The notes beneath the pieces are model-generated. The model saw nothing but the letters and a program-made list of their open reading frames with translations. It was not told the DNA's origin and did not search any database. Made by a program: the position numbers and the translations under genes. From Plantibacter sp. VKM Ac-2880 (lineage in GTDB: Bacteria > Actinomycetota > Actinomycetes > Actinomycetales > Microbacteriaceae), in contig NZ_JADKSJ010000001.1 in assembly GCF_015351235.1 (NCBI RefSeq), forward strand, positions 1,093,530 through 1,117,529: 24,000 bases of DNA, written 5' to 3'. Positions 16,894-23,527 of this stretch are shown here, one piece after another; the stretch's first letter is position 1; each line of letters opens with the position of its first letter.

Positions 16894-18164
16894 TCAGAAC
16901 GGTGCGGGATCGGGTTCCGTCCGATGATGTTTCCCGTCGGGTGTCGTCCAGTCGAGGACCCCACCGGCCCGTGTTCGAGGTTCCAGCCCGGGAGGTGCTT
17001 CATGCGGTGGTGATGTCGACACAAGCACGCGAGATTGCCGACGTCCGTTGTCCCTCCGTCTTCCCACGCGACCGAGTGATCGAGATCGCAGGCTCGCGCG
17101 CGCCTCCCGCAGCCCGGTGCGCGGCAGGTGCCGTCCCGCAGGCGCACCGCCCGCTGCAAATCGGCGGGAACGCGATACTGCTTCCGCCCGACGGAGAGCA
17201 CGGCGCCGGTTTCCGGCTGGACGAGGATCCGGGTCAAGCTCGGCGCGTTGACCGCGAGCCGGGCGGCGGTCTCCGGGTCGATCGGACCGTACCCGTCGAG
17301 GGTGGCGGGTGCGTCGGAGACGCCGGCCATGCTCAGCGCCGGGACGGTAATCTGCACGGTCGGCTTGATGTGCTCCTGGACCTCGATCGGGTGTGGGAGC
17401 ACCCGGTTCGACATCACGTCTTCCGGCGTCACTCCGGCGAGGGCTAGCGCTGCGAGGGCGTCGGCCTGCAGCTGTCCGCAGGTGCGAGCATCGCCGGCCT
17501 TGCGTGATTCGGCAGCCGCTGCCTCGACCCGTTCGACGATGCCCTGCGCGATGGGTGCGGTGGTGAACAGGTGTACCCACGCCATGCCGTCGGCGGCGGG
17601 CTCGAACTCCACCCGACGGTCGGCCTCCGAGCGGATTGTGCGAGCGGTGATCGACTCGGGGTGGAGTCGTTCGCGGAGGACACGGGCGCGCTTGCGGAGG
17701 TTCGCGTTGGTCGTTTCCTCCGCAACCGGCAACGCCGCCTCCAGGAACGCCGCCCGACCCGCGGCCGGCACGTCGCAGAGTTGATCGATGATCGTCTGCG
17801 CATGCCGGGCCGAGATGCGGCCAGCCTCAAGCGAGGCGAGCACGGCCGGGGCTTCATTCACGAGACGTTCCGCGTCGTTCGTCGCACGCTGAACCGTCTG
17901 CTCAGGCGTCCGCGTCGCCATCGCGAGCGCCGCACAAGTGGACCGGCGGGAGAGCGCCTGCCGTTCCGCGGGCGGGTACACGGCCGGGACCACGGAGTCG
18001 GCGAGGGCGTCGGCATACGCCGCGGACCGGGCCAAGAGTCGCGCCGCCCGAGCGGCCAGTACAGCCTGCTGCCGACAGATCTCCGCATACTCGTCCGAGA
18101 ACTCCGCGAGCTGCGCGGCGTACTCGTCGCCAGCTCGAACTGCGGAAGTGGTGCTCTCGGTCAT
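16833..18164 (-). CDS. DUF222 / HNH endonuclease (REP13E12-like), probably frameshifted near the 3' end
   Basis: Typical DUF222 body and HNH core CRAPGCGRRARACDLDHSVAWEDGGTTDVGNLACLCRHHHRMKH. I chose the ATG at 18164 because the upstream extension uses rare codons. The C-terminal tail of this frame reads into the repeat (..ALRQAQ*). The family-typical ending GGVLDWTTPDGKHHRTEPDPAPF* lies in another frame and stops at 16894. Confidence 0.9.
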   Translation of the reverse strand: MTESTTSAVRAGDEYAAQLAEFSDEYAEICRQQAVLAARAARLLARSAAYADALADSVVPAVYPPAERQALSRRSTCAALAMATRTPEQTVQRATNDAERLVNEAPAVLASLEAGRISARHAQTIIDQLCDVPAAGRAAFLEAALPVAEETTNANLRKRARVLRERLHPESITARTIRSEADRRVEFEPAADGMAWVHLFTTAPIAQGIVERVEAAAAESRKAGDARTCGQLQADALAALALAGVTPEDVMSNRVLPHPIEVQEHIKPTVQITVPALSMAGVSDAPATLDGYGPIDPETAARLAVNAPSLTRILVQPETGAVLSVGRKQYRVPADLQRAVRLRDGTCRAPGCGRRARACDLDHSVAWEDGGTTDVGNLACLCRHHHRMKHLPGWNLEHGPVGSSTGRHPTGNIIGRNPIPHRSDHLRSPSVSEGSSWALRQAQ

Positions 18165-18236
18165 GGAACAAGTCCACCATGGACCACTGACATTCCAGAT
18201 GCGGAGTATCCGCGTTGGTGGACGCATCTCCGTGCA

Positions 18237-18344
18237 CCCTTCGACAAGCTCAGGGATCGGGGTGCTCGTGTGCCCTTCGACAAGCTCAGGGACCGGGGTG
18301 CTCGTGTGCCCTTCGACAAGCTCAGGGACCGGCGGAGGGTTGCT
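18237..18344. repeat. Tandem array, 3 units of 36 bp (CCCTTCGACAAGCTCAGGGACCGGGGTGCTCGTGTG)
   Basis: Unit starts at 18237, 18273 and 18309. The core is the reverse complement of the core in the 80-bp array. Confidence 0.95.
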
Positions 18345-18376
18345 CAGGGACCGGAAGGGTGAGAGGTCCGCTGAGC
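18342..18376 (-). terminator. Hairpin from partial inverted cores (GCTCAGGGACC / GGTCCGCTGAGC), possible terminator of the lipoprotein gene
   Basis: 11-bp stem with one bulge and a 12-nt loop, beginning 10 nt after the stop codon at 18386 on the minus strand. There is no U-tract. Confidence 0.4.
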
Positions 18377-18385
18377 TTGGGCGGG

Positions 18386-18904
18386 TCAGTAGTTCAGGCA
18401 GCGATCCGGATCCTCGATCTCCGGCGGATCACCCTGATAGAGGGTGAAGAAGTTCTCGGCCGGGCCGGACAGGGACCCGCGGGGGTGGACGCACAGGCGA
18501 GCGAGATCGTTGTCGCTCCGCACGCTGGAGGTGATCGATGACCGCTCGCAGGCGCCGTCGTCGGGCCGCAGGACGAGGTCCCGGTTGGTTCCCTCGTTGT
18601 CCACGACCCACGTTCCGGAGAAGTCGATGACGTCGTTCTCGCGTGGGTCGTCGTCTCCGCACTGCACCTCCGAGGGCCAGGCGGTGGCGTCGAAGGTTCC
18701 ATCGTCAGCCAGCTCGAGCCAGGTGTCTCCGCTGCGCCACGTGCCGACCGCTTCGTCAGCAGACATCCCGTATCGCGTATCGGAGCACGAGACGAGCGAG
18801 GTGCTCAGCAGGGCGCCGAGGACGGAAGCCGCCAACCGGTGCGCTCCACGGACGGTCGCTCGCTGCGCGCGGCTGATCGTTCGGCGTGACGGTCCCGAGT
18901 CCAC
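18386..18904 (-). CDS. Hypothetical lipoprotein
   Basis: Arg-rich n-region, hydrophobic core and lipobox LVSC. The mature part is Asp/Trp-rich with 4 Cys. It has a GTG start at 18904 and no ATG alternative upstream of the signal peptide. Confidence 0.6.
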   Translation of the reverse strand: MDSGPSRRTISRAQRATVRGAHRLAASVLGALLSTSLVSCSDTRYGMSADEAVGTWRSGDTWLELADDGTFDATAWPSEVQCGDDDPRENDVIDFSGTWVVDNEGTNRDLVLRPDDGACERSSITSSVRSDNDLARLCVHPRGSLSGPAENFFTLYQGDPPEIEDPDRCLNY

Positions 18905-18978
18905 GCTGCGAGTCTGGTCACCGTGGACGGGCGTGGCAAATCGTGCTGGGCCTGGGCGGGCCGGGCAGCCGGCCGGGC

Positions 18979-19020
18979 AAAAAAAAGAACCCCCACCATG
19001 TAGAAGCTAGGTGGGGGTTC
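18979..19020 (-). terminator. Rho-independent terminator of the tRNA operon
   Basis: Minus strand: GAACCCCCACC, a 12-nt loop, GGTGGGGGTTC, then T8. It begins 2 nt after tRNA-Phe. Confidence 0.85.
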
Positions 19021-19022
19021 CG

Positions 19023-19095
19023 TGGCTCCGACGGGCGTCGATCCCGTGACCTCACGATTTTCAGTCGTGCGCTCTACCAACTGAGCTACAGAGCC
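19023..19095 (-). tRNA. tRNA-Phe (GAA)
   Basis: Folded by hand: acceptor GGCTCTG/CGGAGCC, D-arm GCTC-AGTTGGTA-GAGC, anticodon arm CACGA-CTGAAAA-TCGTG, T-arm ACGGG-ATCGACG-CCCGT. Total 73 nt with no encoded CCA. The T-loop starts with A rather than T. Confidence 0.9.
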
Positions 19096-19126
19096 GAGTA
19101 CATCAGCTGCACGAACGGCGACGATG

Positions 19127-19163
19127 TCTCAAAAGCAGAAGCCCTCCCTTGCGAGAGGGCTTC
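19127..19163 (-). terminator. Terminator-like hairpin between tRNA-Asp and tRNA-Phe
   Basis: Minus strand: GAAGCCCTC, an 8-nt loop, GAGGGCTTC, followed by TGCTTTTGA. The 9-bp perfect stem lies at 19138-19163. Confidence 0.4.
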
Positions 19164-19173
19164 CGACCTTTTG

Positions 19174-19247
19174 CGACCCTGACGGGACTTGAACCCGCGA
19201 CCTCCGCCGTGACAGGGCGGCACGCTAACCAACTGCGCTACAGGGCC
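19174..19247 (-). tRNA. tRNA-Asp (GTC)
   Basis: Folded by hand: acceptor GGCCCTG/CAGGGTC, anticodon loop CTGTCAC, T-arm GCGGG-TTCAAGT-CCCGT. Total 74 nt. Confidence 0.95.
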
Positions 19248-19364
19248 ATACATGTTGAATTGGTGATGATAAGAACTGCGGTGATGCTGGTGTTGCTCAG
19301 TGCTTCTCGCAGTCGCGCAGACTCACTATACCTGAATCTGAGCGGCTGTTTTTCCAGTAGTCGG

Positions 19365-19440
19365 TGGTGACCCCAACGGGATTCGAACCCGTGCTGCCGC
19401 CGTGAAAGGGCGGTGTCCTAGGCCGCTAAACGATAGGGCC
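19365..19440 (-). tRNA. tRNA-Glu (TTC), CCA encoded
   Basis: Folded by hand: acceptor GGCCCTA/TGGGGTC, anticodon arm CCGCC-CTTTCAC-GGCGG, T-arm ACGGG-TTCGAAT-CCCGT. A 3' ACCA is present. Confidence 0.95.
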
Positions 19441-19475
19441 GCGAAGCCCTGAAGCTTCATGACTACCGAGCGACA

Positions 19476-19503
19476 AGCATACGGATGAAACCCCGGAATC
19501 CAA
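19476..19503 (-). promoter_or_regulatory. Candidate promoter of the tRNA Glu-Asp-Phe operon (TTGGAT-16 nt-TATGCT)
   Basis: Read on the minus strand about 35-60 nt upstream of tRNA-Glu. The match is to the sigma-70/SigA-type -35 and TANNNT -10 only. Confidence 0.35.
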
Positions 19504-19729
19504 AATCGGGTTCCCACGACCCCGTTTCGCGGTCGACGCCGGATCTCGCGACAGGCGCCGAATGACCGCTGAGCCGCACATGGGCGGGGTTAGCCTCGGG
19601 CGTGGCACCATGCCCGCTCGGCTGTCGGGCGGGGTGTCCGAGGGCTGTCCCCACCCCTTCGGGAGTACCGTGGACAGTGGTACAGATGTGACCGATGTGA
19701 CTGCAGCGAACCGAGATGGGCCGTACTTC

Positions 19730-21025
19730 ATGAGCAAGAGACTTCCCGGTGCCTCGCGCCGAGGCCGGACGACGACCGCCGGGACGGTGTCCTCCGCCCG
19801 TTGGCGCGGACGCCTCGCCGCCGCGGTCGTGATGTCCCTCGCGATCGTCGGGTCCTTCGGCATCGCGGGACCCGCCTCGGCAGCCGACTACCCCTCGTGG
19901 GACGACGTCCAGGCGGCGAAGGGCAATGAGGCTGCGAAGGCCGCCGAGGTCACGAACATCAAGAACTTCATCGTCCAGTTGCAGGACGAACTGCAGGTGG
20001 CCCAGGACGAGGCCGAGAAGCGCGGAACCGAGTTCCAGGCGGCTGAAGAGGCGTTCTTCGAGGCTGACGCCCGTGCGACCGCGATCCAGGCCCAGGCCGA
20101 CGCGAAGACCACCGAAGCCGACACGGCGACCAAGCAGGCCGGTCGGGTCGCCTCCCAGCTGTACCGCTCCGGCGGTGCAGACCTCAGCCTGAGCCTCTTC
20201 CTCGACGGGGAGAGCAAGGGCGCGACCGACCTGCTGTCGAAGCTCGGCAACATGAACCAGGTCGCCGAGCACAGCAACGGTGTCTACGAGCAGGCTGTCG
20301 CCGCACGGAACACCGCAGCCGCACTCGGTGAGCAGGCCGGCGTCGCCCGTGACGAACGCGAGTCGCTGCGGCAGGCCGCGCAGGTCGCCATGCAGGCCGC
20401 GCAGGAGGCGGCATCCGCTGCAGCGGCGAAGCTGGAGCAGAACCAGGAACTCATCGTCACGCTCAACGCCCAGTTGACGGCGTTGCAGGACACGACGGCG
20501 AAGACGGTCCAGGACTACGAGGCCGGCGTCGCCGCGGCGAAGGCGAAAGCCGCAGCGGAGGCGGCCGCCCGAGGGCAGAGCGCCGACGGCGGTCAGCTCA
20601 GCAGCCAGGGCTGGGCCATCCCGGCATCCGGCAGCATCTCCGGCACCTACGGGTATCGCGACCCGATCTCCACCGGCGGCGGCAGTTCAGGCAGCTTCCA
20701 CCGGGGTACGGACATCGCGGGCGGGTGCGGGATCCCGATCTACGCGGCGACCTCCGGCACGGTGACCTACGCCGGGTGGTACGGCACCTACGGCAACTTC
20801 ATCCTCATCGATCACGGCTCGGGTGTCTCGACCGGCTACGCGCACATCGTGGACGGCGGCATCCAGGTCGGTGTCGGCTACCAGGTCTCCGCCGGGCAGG
20901 TCATCGCCTACGTCGGCACGACCGGTGCCTCAACCGGCTGCCACCTGCACTTCGAGGTCCGCATCAACGGCAACGCGATCGACGCACAGCCGTTCATGGC
21001 CGACCGCGGCGCACCGCTCGGCTGA
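19730..21025 (+). CDS. Secreted coiled-coil M23 (LytM-type) metallopeptidase, paralog 2
   Basis: I chose the ATG at 19730 (MSKRLPGASRRGR...). Signal peptide ASA|ADYPSWDDV, a helical Ala/Gln/Glu region, and an M23 domain with HRGTD and HLH intact. The track's upstream extension (from 19562) has poor codon bias. Confidence 0.9.
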   Translation: MSKRLPGASRRGRTTTAGTVSSARWRGRLAAAVVMSLAIVGSFGIAGPASAADYPSWDDVQAAKGNEAAKAAEVTNIKNFIVQLQDELQVAQDEAEKRGTEFQAAEEAFFEADARATAIQAQADAKTTEADTATKQAGRVASQLYRSGGADLSLSLFLDGESKGATDLLSKLGNMNQVAEHSNGVYEQAVAARNTAAALGEQAGVARDERESLRQAAQVAMQAAQEAASAAAAKLEQNQELIVTLNAQLTALQDTTAKTVQDYEAGVAAAKAKAAAEAAARGQSADGGQLSSQGWAIPASGSISGTYGYRDPISTGGGSSGSFHRGTDIAGGCGIPIYAATSGTVTYAGWYGTYGNFILIDHGSGVSTGYAHIVDGGIQVGVGYQVSAGQVIAYVGTTGASTGCHLHFEVRINGNAIDAQPFMADRGAPLG

Positions 21026-21052
21026 TCGCGGCGCACCGCTCGGCTGATCGCG
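21009..21052. repeat. 22-bp tandem duplication spanning the M23 stop codon (GGCGCACCGCTCGGCTGATCGC x2)
   Basis: Two identical copies at 21009-21030 and 21031-21052, with a partial third copy (GGCAC). Confidence 0.9.
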
Positions 21053-21063
21053 GCACTCCGCAC

Positions 21064-21103
21064 GACGAAGCGGCCGGCACCCTCGGGTGTCGGCCGCTTC
21101 GTC
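21064..21103. terminator. Long perfect hairpin between convergent M23 and ppa genes
   Basis: GACGAAGCGGCCG and CGGCCGCTTCGTC form a 13-bp stem. The inner loop pairs further (CACCC-TC-GGGTG). Neither side has a U-tract, as is common in high-GC actinobacteria. Confidence 0.6.
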
Positions 21104-21131
21104 ATACGGGGTGAGGCTGGGCCTCAGGGGG

Positions 21132-21623
21132 TCAGTGACCCTCCGCCTTGAGCTTCTCGAAGCCCGCGAGGATGATCTTCTCGGCCGCGGCGGCGTCGCC
21201 CCAGCCGTCGATGCGAGCCCACTTGCCGGGCTCGGTGTCCTTGTAGTGGACGAAGAAGTGCTCGATCTCGTCGCGCGTCGCCTGCGGGATGTCGTTCAGG
21301 TCCTGGATGTGCGCCCAGCGCGGGTCCTTGTACTGCACGGCGATGACCTTGTCGTCCCCGCCACCGTCGTCGGTCATGTGCAGCACGCCGACCGGACGGA
21401 CCTTGATGCCGACGCCCGGGAACGTCGGGAAGTCGAGGAGGACCAGCACGTCGACCGGGTCGCCGTCCTCGCCGAGGGTGTTCTCGAAGAAGCCGTAGTC
21501 GGTGGGGTAGACGAAGCTCGTGAACAGCACGCGGTCGAGGAAGACCCGACCGGTCTCGTGGTCGATCTCGTACTTGTTGCGGCTGCCCCGCGGGATCTCG
21601 ATGACGGCGTCGTACTCGGCCAT
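21132..21623 (-). CDS. ppa: Inorganic pyrophosphatase (family I)
   Basis: IEIPRGSRNKYE......DR......YP.DYGF...TL..DGDP.D.LVL and DDK..AV are canonical. The ATG at 21623 has AAGGAG upstream. The track's longer start was trimmed. Confidence 0.95.
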   Translation of the reverse strand: MAEYDAVIEIPRGSRNKYEIDHETGRVFLDRVLFTSFVYPTDYGFFENTLGEDGDPVDVLVLLDFPTFPGVGIKVRPVGVLHMTDDGGGDDKVIAVQYKDPRWAHIQDLNDIPQATRDEIEHFFVHYKDTEPGKWARIDGWGDAAAAEKIILAGFEKLKAEGH

Positions 21624-21752
21624 AAGCCTGCTCCTTGCGAGGTTGGATGTCGTGGAATCGGCACGGTCGCCGACGAGGACCAACCCTAACCGATGCGCCC
21701 AGGAGCCACCGGTGCCGGGGCGCGGCCGCCGTCGTGCAATAGCGTGGTGCGG

Positions 21753-22760
21753 GTGAACGACGTCCGACCTCCGCTCCACCCGTCCGTCGCCGTGTTACGG
21801 AAGGCGGTCCGCGACGCGATCGGTCGGTGGCCTGCGGCCGGATCCCGGGCTGAGGGCGAGGCGGACCTCCTCGTCGCCCTGAGTGGTGGGGCGGACTCAC
21901 TCGCGCTCGCCGCTGCGACCGCGTTCGAGGCGCCGAAGCTCGGGTTGCGGGCCGGTGCCGTCGTCGTCGACCACGGCCTGCAGGAGGACTCCGCGACCGT
22001 CGCCGCACGAGCCGCGGACCAGGCGAGGCAGCTGGGTCTCGACCCGGTGCGCGTCCGGAGGGTCGAGGTCGGTTCCGACGGCGGCCCGGAGGCGGCGGCC
22101 CGCGACGCCCGGTACGCGGCGCTCGAGGGCGCACGCGTCGAGGCCGGGGCGTCGGCCGTCTTGCTCGCACACACGCTCGACGACCAGGCCGAGACGGTAC
22201 TCCTCGGGCTCGCCCGCGGATCCGGCGCCGGCAGCCTGCAGGGGATGTCGCCGGTCAGTGGCACCCTCGTCCGCCCCCTCCTCGGCGTCCGCCGTGCGCA
22301 GACCCGAGAGGCGTGTGCGGCGCTGGACCTGAGCCCCTGGAACGATCCGCACAACACGGACGCCGCCTACACGCGCGTCCGGGTGCGCGAGCGGGTGCTC
22401 CCCGTGCTCGAGAGCGAACTCGGACCGGGCATCGCGGAGGCGCTCGCCCGCACGGCGGATGCCATGCGGGAGGACGCCGAGGCCTTCGAAGAGATGATCG
22501 AGGAGACCATCGAAGAGATCGTCGAGCATGCCGAGGCCGGGATCTCCGTCAGTACGGCGGCGCTCGCCGCGAACCCCGCCGCGCTCCGGCAGCGCGTCAT
22601 CCGGTACATCGTGCAGAGCGAGTTCGGGGTCGCCCTCTCACGGACCCAGACGATCGAGGTCGCGCGGCTCGTGACCGACTGGACAGGGCAGGGCCCGATC
22701 GATCTGCCCGGCTGTCGGGCCATGCGCCGCGACGGCCGCATCGTGTTCTCCGCGAGCTGA
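21753..22760 (+). CDS. tilS: tRNA(Ile)-lysidine synthetase
   Basis: PP-loop LVALSGGADSLALA and the conserved position upstream of hpt-ftsH. The start is uncertain. I prefer GTG 21753 (VNDVRPPLHPSVAVLRKAV...), with the alternative at 21693. Confidence 0.85.
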   Translation: MNDVRPPLHPSVAVLRKAVRDAIGRWPAAGSRAEGEADLLVALSGGADSLALAAATAFEAPKLGLRAGAVVVDHGLQEDSATVAARAADQARQLGLDPVRVRRVEVGSDGGPEAAARDARYAALEGARVEAGASAVLLAHTLDDQAETVLLGLARGSGAGSLQGMSPVSGTLVRPLLGVRRAQTREACAALDLSPWNDPHNTDAAYTRVRVRERVLPVLESELGPGIAEALARTADAMREDAEAFEEMIEETIEEIVEHAEAGISVSTAALAANPAALRQRVIRYIVQSEFGVALSRTQTIEVARLVTDWTGQGPIDLPGCRAMRRDGRIVFSAS

Positions 22761-22822
22761 AGGCGGCCCCGCGAGGAGGTGGCGCGCACCGGCGTCCAAG
22801 TCATCTCGCATACACTCGACGC

Positions 22823-23374
22823 ATGGAGCAGAGCGACATTTCGGACGACCTCACGACCATCCTCGTCACCGAGCAGGAGATCCGCGACAAGCTCGCCGAA
22901 CTCGCCCGCCGGATCGAGGTCGACTACGCCGGGAAGGACGTCCTGCTCGTGGGCGTCCTGAAGGGCGCGGTCATGGTCATGGCCGACCTGGCGCGCGAAC
23001 TCCGCATCCCGCTGTCCATGGACTGGATGGCCGTCAGCTCCTACGGCGCCGGCACGAAGTCGAGCGGTGTCGTGCAGATCCGCAAGGACCTCGACGCCGA
23101 CCTCACGAACCGTCACGTCCTGATCGTCGAGGACATCATCGACTCCGGACTCACCCTCTCCTGGCTGCTCGAGAACTTCGCCTCGCGCGGCGCAGCCTCG
23201 ATCGAGGTCTGCGCGCTCCTCCGCAAGCCGGAGGCCGCGAAGGTCCACGTCGAGTGCAAGTACGTCGGTTTCGACATCCCGAACGACTTCGTCGTCGGAT
23301 ACGGTCTCGACTTCGACGAGAAGTACCGCAACCTCCGCGACGTCGGCGTGCTCGCACCCCACGTCTACGCCTGA
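22823..23374 (+). CDS. hpt: Hypoxanthine phosphoribosyltransferase
   Basis: PRPP-binding motif VLIVEDIIDSGLTL plus GVLKGA..F..DL and FVVGYGLD...YRNL. Length 183 aa. Confidence 0.95.
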   Translation: MEQSDISDDLTTILVTEQEIRDKLAELARRIEVDYAGKDVLLVGVLKGAVMVMADLARELRIPLSMDWMAVSSYGAGTKSSGVVQIRKDLDADLTNRHVLIVEDIIDSGLTLSWLLENFASRGAASIEVCALLRKPEAAKVHVECKYVGFDIPNDFVVGYGLDFDEKYRNLRDVGVLAPHVYA

Positions 23375-23527
23375 GGCGAGCGACGAACCTCGCCTGGATC
23401 ACTCGTTAAGCCCATGGCAAACATGGGGGAGGCATCCAGCAGCGAGGGGGTAGCCTGATTTCCGACGCGGCTCCGCCCGTCGACCCCTCCTGCAGAAAGG
23501 GAACGGGCCAGTCCCGGCCTCTCAACT

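Larger units (their letters stand above)
16385..18376 (-). mobile_element. Putative composite element: hairpin, 80-bp array, HNH gene, 36-bp array, hairpin
   Basis: The same core occurs in opposite orientation on the two sides of the HNH gene, with an inverted-core hairpin at each outer end. Mobility is inferred from this architecture only. I saw no transposase or integrase. Confidence 0.35.

Noticed and set aside
17571-18362. Plus-strand ORF with a (PFDKLRDRGARV)x3 peptide repeat, and ORFs 18215..18541 (LRQAQG repeats) and 16572..17447
   Set aside because: These are translations of the DNA repeat arrays or run antisense to the HNH gene. The same core in the 80-bp array is not frame-preserving, so the conservation is at the nucleotide level.
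14329-19095. Genomic island integrated at the 3' end of tRNA-Phe
   Set aside because: The genes downstream of tRNA-Phe (lipoprotein, HNH element, orphan protein, TetR/ArsC-like pair) look accessory. However, I found no integrase and could not spot a direct repeat of the tRNA-Phe 3' end by eye. The idea is unsupported without a computational repeat search and comparative genomics.
18805-19517. ORFs 18805..19080, 18886..19182, 19149..19370 and 19326..19517
   Set aside because: They are translations across the three tRNA genes, their spacers and the terminator.
19562-19729. 56-aa N-terminal extension of the second M23 peptidase
   Set aside because: It contains many A/T-ending codons, unlike real genes here. 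It would also place the signal peptide internally. The ATG at 19730 gives a normal signal peptide, matching paralog 1.
21124-22357. Long minus-strand ORFs (21124..22170, 21686..22357) and the plus-strand ORF 21087..21689
   Set aside because: They overlap ppa and tilS, are Arg/Pro-rich and carry no motifs. ppa and tilS explain the coding signal.
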